From IMG/VR virus record IMGVR_UViG_3300005589_000052, positions 1-42,520 of that record: a stretch of DNA of 42,520 nt. One strand, written 5' to 3'. The translations under genes and the position numbers were made by a program. This DNA comes from a virus (lineage: Duplodnaviria; Caudoviricetes). Of the stretch, positions 16,877 to 24,883 are shown piece by piece; position 1 is the stretch's first letter, and every line of letters starts with the position of its first letter. The notes under the pieces are model-generated. The model did no database searches and was not told the origin of the DNA. It saw only the letters and a program-made list of their open reading frames with translations.

Positions 16877-17380
16877 ATGAAACGCTTAATCGAGATCGCC
16901 CCAGGCGAGTGGCTGAATCCAGACCACGTTGTCGCCGTTCAGGATGCGGGGGACGGAACCGCGATTGTGTGCCTCACGCAGAGGCTCCCGGCAAAGAGCC
17001 CGAAAATGGGCGAGATTGTATATCTGTCAACCCGCACCGTTGCCGAAGTGGTGGCACTCATAAATGGAGACGAGGATGAGCCCGAGCCGCCGCGAGTGGT
17101 GCCCATTTCTGACGCGACGGAGGAGGAGATGCGGATGTTTGCGGGGTTGACCAAAACTGTCTTTCTGCGGCACCTCAACGCGAAGAGGATCTTAGACAAG
17201 GCCCGAGTCATGACTCGCCCCGTTCTGCTTGAAAAGCTTCAAGAGATGGGGATTCAGCTCCCACAGACGCGCTACATCCCAACTATCCTGCCGCGCATGT
17301 GCCGATTTAGTGTGCGCAGCAAGAAGGGTGGAGAGGGGGAACTATACGTTTCGCGCACCGCGATGCCGGAGGCCAAGTAA
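16877..17380 (+). CDS. protein with an FlbD-like N-terminal domain
   Basis: WLNPDHVVAVQ...T.IVCL...TVAEVVALIN pattern. Confidence 0.55.
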   Translation: MKRLIEIAPGEWLNPDHVVAVQDAGDGTAIVCLTQRLPAKSPKMGEIVYLSTRTVAEVVALINGDEDEPEPPRVVPISDATEEEMRMFAGLTKTVFLRHLNAKRILDKARVMTRPVLLEKLQEMGIQLPQTRYIPTILPRMCRFSVRSKKGGEGELYVSRTAMPEAK

Positions 17381-17655
17381 TGCGCAAGCTCCGATTCAGC
17401 AACGACACCACCAGCCTCGCCGCCGCCAAGGCGTGCAAGGCCAAGAGCCACCGATCCATCGTCTTCACCGCACTCAAGCGCAGGTCGAAGGGCTTGACGG
17501 CTGACGAGATCAACGCGCTCACCGGGATTTCCGGCGACTCCATCCGCCCGCGCTTGCTTGAGCTGCAAGAGGCGGGAAGCGTGGTGAAGCTGGAAGCGCA
17601 GCGCAAGACACGGGCCGGGCGTTATGCCCATGTTTACCAAGCGAGGGTTCGCTGA
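17380..17655 (+). CDS. winged-HTH protein
   Basis: GLTADEI...SIRPRLLELQEAG.V...RKTRAGRYA.VY, a common phage wHTH pattern. Confidence 0.75.
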   Translation: MRKLRFSNDTTSLAAAKACKAKSHRSIVFTALKRRSKGLTADEINALTGISGDSIRPRLLELQEAGSVVKLEAQRKTRAGRYAHVYQARVR

Positions 17656-17903
17656 TGGGCCACCTCAACGACCTAGCCAACGCCGAGATCGCCGAACTCA
17701 AGGCCAAGGTGGAAGCGCTGGAAGCGGGCTGGCGAGACACGCTCGAAATCTTTCACATGGACGGCACGCCGGACGGCATTCACGACTGGTGCATGTTTTG
17801 TGATGCGCCGTGGGGCCACGGCCACAATGGTGGATGTGATGTGGGAGAGTCTGAGAATCGCTTCACCGCCCTAGCTGAGCGCGGCAAGCAGGAGGGGGAG
17901 TGA
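17655..17903 (+). CDS. hypothetical protein
   Basis: TGATG coupling; CMFC..H..C. Confidence 0.65.
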   Translation: MGHLNDLANAEIAELKAKVEALEAGWRDTLEIFHMDGTPDGIHDWCMFCDAPWGHGHNGGCDVGESENRFTALAERGKQEGE

Positions 17904-18277
17904 TGGACGATCACAAACTTTTGGAGCGCGTCGCGCAACTGACAGCACATCGAGCATGTTGCGGCACTGAGCACGATCCAGCGAACGGTAAACTGCACGG
18001 GTACTGCGTCGTTTGCGGTGTTCCGTGGCCGTGCGAATACGCGGGAAGCCCACCGCTTGCCGGGTCCGAGTCCCGCAAAGCCGCCGCCTTCGACGAGTTG
18101 TTTGAGGCGGCGCGAGTGGCCCTGCACGACATGGACCACCTGCTGTCGCCGACGCTGGGGCCTAGAGACGTGCGCGAAGAGGGTGCGCTTGAGGCCGTTC
18201 GAGTGGGACTGTCCGCCGCCATCGAGTCCGCCGAGAAGGCCGTGGAGGCTCCCCGTGGGCCGAAGGAGGGAGCGTGA
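17900..18277 (+). CDS. hypothetical mosaic protein
   Basis: CCGTEH...CVVC..PWPC module; GTGA coupling. Confidence 0.65.
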   Translation: MMDDHKLLERVAQLTAHRACCGTEHDPANGKLHGYCVVCGVPWPCEYAGSPPLAGSESRKAAAFDELFEAARVALHDMDHLLSPTLGPRDVREEGALEAVRVGLSAAIESAEKAVEAPRGPKEGA

Positions 18278-18663
18278 TGCGGCGCAAGGACTTGGGCAAA
18301 TGCCAATACTGCGAGAAAGGGCTTTCGATCGTGAGCGGCGAGGTCATTTACGGACCGGGTCGCTACGCGGATCTTCGGTTCTATGCGTGCCTGCCCTGCA
18401 AAGCCTGGGTGGGAACGCACAAGGGGACATTGATCCCATTGGGCACAGTGGCCAACGCCGCTTTGCGGCGCGCGCGAAGTGGCGCGCACGTTGCTTTCGA
18501 CCAACTCTGGCGCGAGGGCCGTACCACGCGAAGTGGAGCTTACCGATGGATGCGAAGGGCGCTCGGGCTCAAGAAGTACGAGGCGCACATAGCTCTCTTC
18601 AACGAGGCGCAGTGCCGGGCACTGATCCAAGAGGTCGAAGCCCTGGAGGCTCCCCGTGGGTAG
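18274..18663 (+). CDS. DUF3268-like zinc-finger protein
   Basis: CQYC...C..C.AWVGTHKGT..PLGT.ANA.LRRAR..AH..FD.LW...HIA.F...QC. Confidence 0.8.
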   Translation: MMRRKDLGKCQYCEKGLSIVSGEVIYGPGRYADLRFYACLPCKAWVGTHKGTLIPLGTVANAALRRARSGAHVAFDQLWREGRTTRSGAYRWMRRALGLKKYEAHIALFNEAQCRALIQEVEALEAPRG

Positions 18664-18886
18664 CCGGGAGCCGAGCGAGCGGTGGGAGCGGGGCGCTCCA
18701 AGCTGGTGGCGGCTTGATCTTCCGTTAGGGGGTCAATTCGTCGTGTGGCTAACCGGGAGCGGCAGATTCGCATTCGATGGGCGCGCATACGACACCCTCG
18801 TCGAAGCCCAACTTGCCGCCGAGGACCACGCAAGACACCACATACATGAGGCGCTGCGAGCGCTGGGAGATACGAGCCATGAGTGA
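18656..18886 (+). CDS. hypothetical protein, paralog of 9746-10024
   Basis: GTG start inside the 17-bp junction repeat; LAAEDHAR motif. Confidence 0.65.
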   Translation: MGSREPSERWERGAPSWWRLDLPLGGQFVVWLTGSGRFAFDGRAYDTLVEAQLAAEDHARHHIHEALRALGDTSHE

Positions 18887-19193
18887 CGAGAAACGAGAAG
18901 GAGCGCTTGATCGGGTGCGGGCTACGCTGTCCTACCTGAGCGAGTGTGATCCCGACATCGCCTGGATGGGCGGCATGACGCTCGCCGACCTCCGCGCCAC
19001 CCTCGCCACCCTGGATGCGGTGACGCGGGAGCGGGACGCGGCGAGGGAGGCTTTGCGAGAGGCGGATCGCGTGCTCGACCTTGTGTGGCACCGGGGCTAT
19101 TGCGACGGTCCGGTATACGGCGCGGTCGCGTCAGCATCCGAGGCCGTGAAGGCCGCGCTCTCCCCCGAAGCGCAGGAGCCGGGCAATGAGTAG
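18879..19193 (+). CDS. hypothetical coiled-coil protein
   Basis: Start re-called at ATG 18879 after GGAGA. Confidence 0.65.
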   Translation: MSDEKREGALDRVRATLSYLSECDPDIAWMGGMTLADLRATLATLDAVTRERDAAREALREADRVLDLVWHRGYCDGPVYGAVASASEAVKAALSPEAQEPGNE

Positions 19194-19656
19194 GTACGCC
19201 GCAAATACGAGCGTTTCGGTTGCGAAGTCGAAGGGCGAGATCGAGGACTTGCTCCAGCGCTACGGCGCGAGCCAGTTTGTTTCTGGCTGGGACGGTGACA
19301 CCGCCGTCGTGGGGTTCGTGTTCAACGATCGCCACATCCGTTTCGATATCGCGCTCCCCTCCCGCAGCGACAAAGAGTTCACGCGCACCGAGACCGGGCG
19401 CGTGCGCTCAGACAAGCAGGCGCACGCTGCATGGGAACAAGCGAACCGCGCTCGATGGCGCGCTCTGCTCTTGGTGATCAAGGCGAAGTTGGAAGCCGTC
19501 GAGTGCGGCATCTCCACGATTGAGCTTGAGTTTATGGCGTGGACCGTCGTGCCGGGAACGAACCGAACCATCGCCGAGTTCATAGAGCCGCAAATGGCGA
19601 AGGCCATCGAAACGGGGCGTCCGCCGCAACTCCTTCTTGGTCCGGGCAATGTCTGA
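19186..19656 (+). CDS. conserved phage protein of unknown function
   Basis: YA..TSV...KS..EIE.LL.RYGA.QF...RWRALLLVIKAKLEAVECGI family pattern. Confidence 0.8.
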   Translation: MSRYAANTSVSVAKSKGEIEDLLQRYGASQFVSGWDGDTAVVGFVFNDRHIRFDIALPSRSDKEFTRTETGRVRSDKQAHAAWEQANRARWRALLLVIKAKLEAVECGISTIELEFMAWTVVPGTNRTIAEFIEPQMAKAIETGRPPQLLLGPGNV

Positions 19657-19939
19657 CCCAATCGACTGGGCAGCCTTCGGGATGCCAGAGGGCGTGGAGG
19701 TGCATCGGCAGCGGTGCGCCGACGGGTGGCGGTTTCACCTCGAACGGCGGCACGGGGCTCCGATGTGGCTGAATGCCCGGACTGCTAGCTCGCCCGCCGA
19801 GGCTTGGGTGGACTTCGACGGCGGCACGTTGACAACATCTGGTCTCTCTACCCGCATCCTCGAAGCCTTCCTGCGCGCCGCTCGCGCCATCGAGGCGGGA
19901 GAGGTGGAGCTGAACCCGGAGGACTCCGACGATGAGTGA
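19649..19939 (+). CDS. hypothetical protein
   Basis: Overlapping coupling at both ends. Confidence 0.6.
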   Translation: MSDPIDWAAFGMPEGVEVHRQRCADGWRFHLERRHGAPMWLNARTASSPAEAWVDFDGGTLTTSGLSTRILEAFLRAARAIEAGEVELNPEDSDDE

Positions 19940-20282
19940 CGAGATCCCAGACTTCTTGCCGACCTTTGGCGAGTCGGAGGTGCGACTAGAGAGCTGGTGC
20001 CCACACGCAGATCTCATGCTTCACGTATCCATGCGCACGGTCACGTGCAGGATGTGCAGGCGGGCAGTGGACCCGTTCGATGCCTTGCTCAAGCAGGCGA
20101 GGAAGGAGCGGTACGTCGAGGACACCGGAGCGCGCCTGAAAGAGCTGCACGCGCAACTCGCCGAACTTCACGCCGAGGAGGAGCGCCACCACCGCGCGGC
20201 CTACAAAGCGCAAGAGGTCAAAAAGCTTGCCGAGTCGATCCTGCGAAACCTGCAAACCCCACCGGAGGACTCCGATGCCTAG
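19932..20282 (+). CDS. Zn-binding plus coiled-coil phage protein
   Basis: CPH...RTVTCRMC...VDPFDAL. Confidence 0.7.
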   Translation: MSDEIPDFLPTFGESEVRLESWCPHADLMLHVSMRTVTCRMCRRAVDPFDALLKQARKERYVEDTGARLKELHAQLAELHAEEERHHRAAYKAQEVKKLAESILRNLQTPPEDSDA

Positions 20283-20634
20283 CTTCCCGAAGCCCGCAAC
20301 CCCGAACCCCGTGAACCCAATGACTGACCAACCCCAACCCGTAGACCTCTCGCTCAGTGAGGGGCACACCGAACCGCTCACCCGCGATCGCGTACTCCAA
20401 GCCTGCCTGGATCCGTTCACGGAGCAGGACTTGACCGACATGACTCTAGTCCTCGACGCCCCCGCCATGCGGGCAGAGATCGTGCGGCTCAGGAAACTGC
20501 TTGGACTGGTTTTGCGGCACGACCGTGATGGGGAGGTCATTGACTGTCTTGTTCCAGATCAGCGCCCCGAGCAGGAGTGGTCGTCTCTCGGCGACATGAT
20601 CCGCGCCGCTCTCTCCCAGGAGGTGAGCGAGTGA
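20275..20634 (+). CDS. hypothetical protein, paralog of 8732-9070
   Basis: Shares PVDLSxxEGHT and DAPA(M/L)RxE with 8732-9070. Confidence 0.65.
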   Translation: MPSFPKPATPNPVNPMTDQPQPVDLSLSEGHTEPLTRDRVLQACLDPFTEQDLTDMTLVLDAPAMRAEIVRLRKLLGLVLRHDRDGEVIDCLVPDQRPEQEWSSLGDMIRAALSQEVSE

Positions 20635-20777
20635 AGTGCGAAGAGTGTGGGCACGTCTTTGCGCTGGGGTGGACGCTCGAAAACGCGCCGCATATGCAGT
20701 GCCCAGCGTGCGACGGCGTCAATACGGTGGACCTTTTCCCAGACGGAGCCATTGAGGAGGTGAGCCGTGGGGAGTGA
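20631..20777 (+). CDS. small Zn-ribbon protein
   Basis: MKCEECGHVF...CPAC; AGGAGGT SD. Confidence 0.7.
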   Translation: MKCEECGHVFALGWTLENAPHMQCPACDGVNTVDLFPDGAIEEVSRGE

Positions 20778-21300
20778 TGAGTGGATCTTTGGACTCGCGC
20801 GAGGCGTGGGGCACACCGAGGCCGCGATCAAATCCGGCGCAACCGTGGTCGTAGCCCACGAGCACGCGGCGAACGACGTGCGGAGGCGCGGCGGCAAAGC
20901 GATCACGCTTGCTGATGCGCGAAGGGGCCGAACGCTTGCGCGGCGCGAACCGCTGGCAATCGACCCGGAGGCGGTGAAAGCCATGCTCTCTAATCTCCAC
21001 CAGCGGGTCATCGTCCTCGAAGCCGAGCGAGACGCGAAGCAGCCGTGCGGCCACCCGGTCGCGTGCATCGAGGGCGAGACGACCATGCACTGCTCCATGT
21101 GCGCCGTGATCGCCGAGCGAGACGCGGCCCTTGCGCGCCTGAAGGCTTACGAATCTCCCCGTCCACTGACGGGCCCCAAGAAAGGAGAGCTGCACAGGCG
21201 TGCGGACCAAGGCGACTGGGTGGCCAAGGAGGTGATCGCCCTTCGGGAGCGCGTGCGGGAGCTGACCGAGTGGCGACCGATGGAGCCAGAAACCAAATGA
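20767..21300 (+). CDS. mosaic protein: degenerate P-loop-like N-terminus, Zn module, coiled coil
   Basis: ARGVGHT...PLAID; CGH..C...HCSMC. Confidence 0.6.
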   Translation: MGSDEWIFGLARGVGHTEAAIKSGATVVVAHEHAANDVRRRGGKAITLADARRGRTLARREPLAIDPEAVKAMLSNLHQRVIVLEAERDAKQPCGHPVACIEGETTMHCSMCAVIAERDAALARLKAYESPRPLTGPKKGELHRRADQGDWVAKEVIALRERVRELTEWRPMEPETK

Positions 21301-21536
21301 CACACACACCGACCAAGAAGCAGGCGGAACTCCTGCAAGCGCTCCAAGACGCGACCCTTCGAGGTACACCGCCCACACTTGCTACGCTGGGTGAACGCCT
21401 CGGCGTGGCCAAGTCCACGATCCATGAGCGCTTGTCCGTACTTGCCCGTGAAGGGCTTGTGACGGCAGGCGTGAAGCACTGCACCCGAAACTACCGACTC
21501 ACCAAGCGCGGCAAGCGCCACACGACCACACCATGA
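21297..21536 (+). CDS. stand-alone LexA-type N-terminal DNA-binding domain protein
   Basis: TKKQAELL...PPTLATLGERLGVAKSTIHERLSVLAREGLV; no peptidase domain. Confidence 0.75.
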   Translation: MTHTPTKKQAELLQALQDATLRGTPPTLATLGERLGVAKSTIHERLSVLAREGLVTAGVKHCTRNYRLTKRGKRHTTTP

Positions 21537-22744
21537 AAGACCTCACGAACCTGACCCCGGACGAGCTTGTCTTTGAAGCCGTCGCCGAAAGCGGGCGCGT
21601 TGACGCAGCGCAATCGCGTGTCGGCAAGATCGTCCAGGAGCTACACCGCCGCATCCCGAAGGACGAAGCGCCGCCCGTCGTCGTTGAACCTCCGGTGATC
21701 GAGCCGCCCGTCGTGATCCCGCCCACGCCCGACCTCGACCACAACGGGATCATCGGCTTCGTGATGAACGCGGTGCCGACCGAGGAGGGGCTTCGCGCAG
21801 AGATGGGCGAGCTGACCAAGATGGCGGCTGTTGCGGACTACGGAAACGGGTGGCCGCAAGACTGGAGGGTCGCGGATGGGGAGGCGCACGTCCGCAAGCT
21901 GTGGGACGGGAGCTACACCAACCCGAACTTTGAGACGGCGGGGCACATGGTCGTTCATGGATCCGGAGGGTCATACGGACACATCGACTCGCTGACCTTC
22001 GAGCATTGCGAGTGGGTGAACGTGTGCCGCTGGGCCATGCGCCTTCACGGGATTCGCTCGGGCTTCAAGCTGTCGAAGTCGATCATCCGGGACGTGCGGA
22101 AGGAACATGGCAACTACCTGTCCCTTTGCGGAGGCGGGAGCGGCCCGGCGGTTCAAATCTCGGACGTGCTCTACCGCAACATCGGCAGCCAGTCCGTCCA
22201 GTTCGTGCAGCGCGACAAGTTCTCGGACAACTTCCAACCCAAGTTCCTGCTCGAAACGCCGAACCCCGATGCCGACTTCGTGCCCGGTGGCGACATCCTT
22301 ATCAACCGAGTCGCTGTGCTGGACGGCGCGAAGGAAGAGGGCGACCGAGAGAGCTTCGACTTTAGCTTCTTCCGTTCGCGCAACAGTGTCTACATGGAGG
22401 ACATCCTCATTGACGACCGCGTGCAGCCCGTGTCTCGCGGCTTCCTCATGGCGCAGGGCTATCGCGGCCTCGACGACCCGTTCGAGCGCGACCTTCGTGC
22501 AGCTCGCTTCGTGTGGCGCTCCGGCAAGTCGCTGCAAGAGGCGGCGAGCCTCCAGGGCATGAGCGGGGTGGCCCTCATTGACGGCGTGATCGACGTGCCC
22601 GAGGGGCAAGGCGCTGTGCTGCGCTACAAGGGCTGCTCGGACGCGATCTGGATCCGGAACGTCACCAGCCTCAACGCCAAGGTGCGCGTGGAGATCGACG
22701 GTGTTGACGCGGGCTTTGTCGATGAGTGGGATGGGTATCGGTAA
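21533..22744 (+). CDS. putative right-handed beta-helix (pectate-lyase-like) protein with a Pro-rich linker
   Basis: Repeating rungs LTFEHCEWVN / FKLSKSIIRD / VQISDVLYRN / VYMEDILID, plus EHGNYLS. Confidence 0.55.
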   Translation: MKDLTNLTPDELVFEAVAESGRVDAAQSRVGKIVQELHRRIPKDEAPPVVVEPPVIEPPVVIPPTPDLDHNGIIGFVMNAVPTEEGLRAEMGELTKMAAVADYGNGWPQDWRVADGEAHVRKLWDGSYTNPNFETAGHMVVHGSGGSYGHIDSLTFEHCEWVNVCRWAMRLHGIRSGFKLSKSIIRDVRKEHGNYLSLCGGGSGPAVQISDVLYRNIGSQSVQFVQRDKFSDNFQPKFLLETPNPDADFVPGGDILINRVAVLDGAKEEGDRESFDFSFFRSRNSVYMEDILIDDRVQPVSRGFLMAQGYRGLDDPFERDLRAARFVWRSGKSLQEAASLQGMSGVALIDGVIDVPEGQGAVLRYKGCSDAIWIRNVTSLNAKVRVEIDGVDAGFVDEWDGYR

Positions 22745-22980
22745 TGGTCTCCTCCATCGATAGTGTGGAACAGGCTGCACAGGCCGCTCGATCCGTATCC
22801 ACCTGCACGCTACGCACGTTCGCCAAGATTCAGGCTGAAGACGGCGTGGCCCTTGAGCCCGCTGCGCTTGCTATGGGTCACATGGTTTCCGTCGTGGAGA
22901 GGGACCGGGAAAGGGTCTTGATGCTCACCGTCGCCGGGCTCCCCTTGCGGATCGCCGAGCTTGAGGGAGGTGCGAAGTGA
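22744..22980 (+). CDS. hypothetical protein
   Basis: TAATG coupling. Confidence 0.55.
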   Translation: MVSSIDSVEQAAQAARSVSTCTLRTFAKIQAEDGVALEPAALAMGHMVSVVERDRERVLMLTVAGLPLRIAELEGGAK

Positions 22981-23114
22981 AGCGCTCAGACCGGGGCTCG
23001 TGGAAACGGTTCGCATGCGACTTCGCGATCATTTGCGTACTGGGGACAATCCTTGGAATACCATTCGTCGTCGGCGTGTTCATCCTGCTTGAAGCGGGAG
23101 GCTTCCTTGGGTAG
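22977..23114 (+). CDS. small membrane protein (45 aa, not in the ORF track)
   Basis: GTGA coupling; GGAGG SD; hydrophobic FAIICVLGTILGIPFVVGVFILL. Confidence 0.6.
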   Translation: MKRSDRGSWKRFACDFAIICVLGTILGIPFVVGVFILLEAGGFLG

Positions 23115-23463
23115 CGCGGTGATCGAGTACCGGGGGGAGCGTCCGCCTGGGCTGAACAGGCTCAAGCGGATGCACCACCGGGACTACGCCAAGCTCCGCG
23201 ACCGATGGCAGATGCTCTTGCGGTCCAAGTACGGAGCGACGGTGGAGATCCCGCAGCCAAGCCGCGCCACGCTCACCGTGTTCGCCTCTCTGGACATGGA
23301 CTGGGACAACTGCGCGGCAGTCGGCAAGATCCCGCTCGACGTAATGCAGCGCCTTGGGTGGCTCTCCGACGACGGCCCCAAGGTGATCCTCTCGCTCAAG
23401 GTCGAGCAGGAGAAGTGCCCGCGCAAGGACGTTGGCTTTCGGTTGGAGTTTGTCGAAGCGTGA
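23107..23463 (+). CDS. RusA-like Holliday junction resolvase
   Basis: PPGLN...DWDN...K..LD...G.L.DD catalytic pattern. Confidence 0.75.
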   Translation: MGSAVIEYRGERPPGLNRLKRMHHRDYAKLRDRWQMLLRSKYGATVEIPQPSRATLTVFASLDMDWDNCAAVGKIPLDVMQRLGWLSDDGPKVILSLKVEQEKCPRKDVGFRLEFVEA

Positions 23464-23774
23464 TCTACCCCACACCAGAACAGTGGCTCAAGAGCGTGGC
23501 ACCTCCGGCGATTGCCCAGGCATTCGAGGCGTTCGCCGAGTTCAGGGACTTGCGGGAGCGCACCGCCCGGTGGCACGCGGCCCATCCCGGAGTCTTCTAC
23601 TGGACTGACTTCGCGGGGGCCAAGCGGCTCCGTGCCAGCGGAACCCCACTTGATCGAATCATGGTCCCGGACCCCGACGGCGAACGCCCCACTCCCGTCT
23701 TTGGCCTAACCCACGTTGGCGACCTAGAAGACCGCGAGGGGTGGGTCAGCTATGCGGAGTTTGTCGAAGCGTGA
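23460..23774 (+). CDS. hypothetical protein flanked by a 19-bp direct repeat
   Basis: GTGA coupling at both ends. Confidence 0.65.
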   Translation: MIYPTPEQWLKSVAPPAIAQAFEAFAEFRDLRERTARWHAAHPGVFYWTDFAGAKRLRASGTPLDRIMVPDPDGERPTPVFGLTHVGDLEDREGWVSYAEFVEA

Positions 23775-24082
23775 AGCGTTCAGAGTTATACACGGACGAC
23801 TCTCCACGGATGGCAATGAGCGAAGCGCTGCGATGCCGCGCCTGGTTGGCACGGTCGTCATACCGAGCGGGGGGCAACGGACTCTTTCTCGCCCTCTCGC
23901 GCATACCGATCCCGGACGGGACGCGCTTCTACGGCATCAAGGCTGGACTCATCTCTGCGCCATCGCCGCGTCAAGCGTGGAAGTCCAAGCGGCACCATGA
24001 GCGCCGGGAGCAGTGGATCCGAGACCTCGCCAAGTTCTGGGGTCAGGAGGGCGCGGACCGGATCGCGTATTGGCTCCGATGA
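23771..24082 (+). CDS. hypothetical protein
   Basis: GTGA and ATGA coupling. Confidence 0.6.
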   Translation: MKRSELYTDDSPRMAMSEALRCRAWLARSSYRAGGNGLFLALSRIPIPDGTRFYGIKAGLISAPSPRQAWKSKRHHERREQWIRDLAKFWGQEGADRIAYWLR

Positions 24083-24420
24083 AGCGCACCCCCCTCCAAC
24101 GCAAGACGAAGCTCAAGCCCGGCAAGTCCACGCTCCCACGCTCACGGATGAAGCGGGTGGGCAAGCGCAAGGAGCGCGAGCTTGGCGCGATCAAGGCTTT
24201 CTCGGCGGCGGTCCTCAAGCGCGATCCCGTGTGCGTCCGCTGCTCTGAGCGCAAGTCCACCGAGGCGCATCACCTTGTTCGCAAGTCAAAAGCCGTGGGC
24301 CACAAGAGCGCTCACCACCCCGGCAACGGCGTGGGCCTCTGCTTCGCGTGCCACTCCTACGTCCACGACCACCCTAACCCTGAGTGGATCAAGCCGCTCT
24401 CTTACCTCGACACCCTATGA
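24079..24420 (+). CDS. HNH endonuclease
   Basis: CVRC...EAHH...N.V.LCFACH...H. Confidence 0.85.
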   Translation: MKRTPLQRKTKLKPGKSTLPRSRMKRVGKRKERELGAIKAFSAAVLKRDPVCVRCSERKSTEAHHLVRKSKAVGHKSAHHPGNGVGLCFACHSYVHDHPNPEWIKPLSYLDTL

Positions 24421-24512
24421 AGAAACGCAACCCCACCACCACCGTCCTCCTGCTCCTGATCGGAGCTGCCGCGCTTGCCGTCGGGCTCTTGAAGCTCGGG
24501 GGTGCAGCGTGA
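24417..24512 (+). CDS. 31-aa membrane peptide (not in the ORF track)
   Basis: MKKRNPTTTVLLLLIGAAALAVGLLKLGGAA; 4-bp overlaps at both ends. Confidence 0.55.
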   Translation: MKKRNPTTTVLLLLIGAAALAVGLLKLGGAA

Positions 24513-24883
24513 GCAGCTTCATCGCAGAAATCACCTCCTCGGATGTTTACTGGGTCATGCAGGCGGACTCCTTCAAGGCCCTGTTTATCGGGGCGAGCGT
24601 TGTGATTGGGCTTTCTGCTGCCTGGTGCTGGGCGATAGTCTTCTCGCGGATGGAGTTCAATGACGCTCAGGGCGGAATGCCGCGCGTGGCCACGCTTACG
24701 ACAATGGCCCTGATCTTGGTTGCCATCGCGTGCGCGTTCACCCCAAGCACTCGCTCCCTTGCAGCGATCCACGTTGTGCCCGCGCTCGCAAACAGCCAGG
24801 CCGTCAAAACCGAAGTCCCAGAGCTTTACGAGCTGGCCAAAGAGGCGCTGCGTGGAGCCATTGAAACAGGAGGTCAGAAATGA
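24509..24883 (+). CDS. membrane protein (2 TM segments)
   Basis: YWVMQAD...two hydrophobic segments...PST..LAAI..VP, a phage family pattern. Confidence 0.65.
   Translation: MSSFIAEITSSDVYWVMQADSFKALFIGASVVIGLSAAWCWAIVFSRMEFNDAQGGMPRVATLTTMALILVAIACAFTPSTRSLAAIHVVPALANSQAVKTEVPELYELAKEALRGAIETGGQK

Noticed and set aside
21297-21536. CI/LexA repressor indicating a classical lysogeny switch
   Set aside because: DNA-binding domain only, located mid-operon, with no divergent cro/cI pair or integrase in the window
24079-24420. HNH gene as a mobile homing endonuclease or intron
   Set aside because: Short stand-alone Zn-HNH translationally coupled within the operon, with no interrupted host gene
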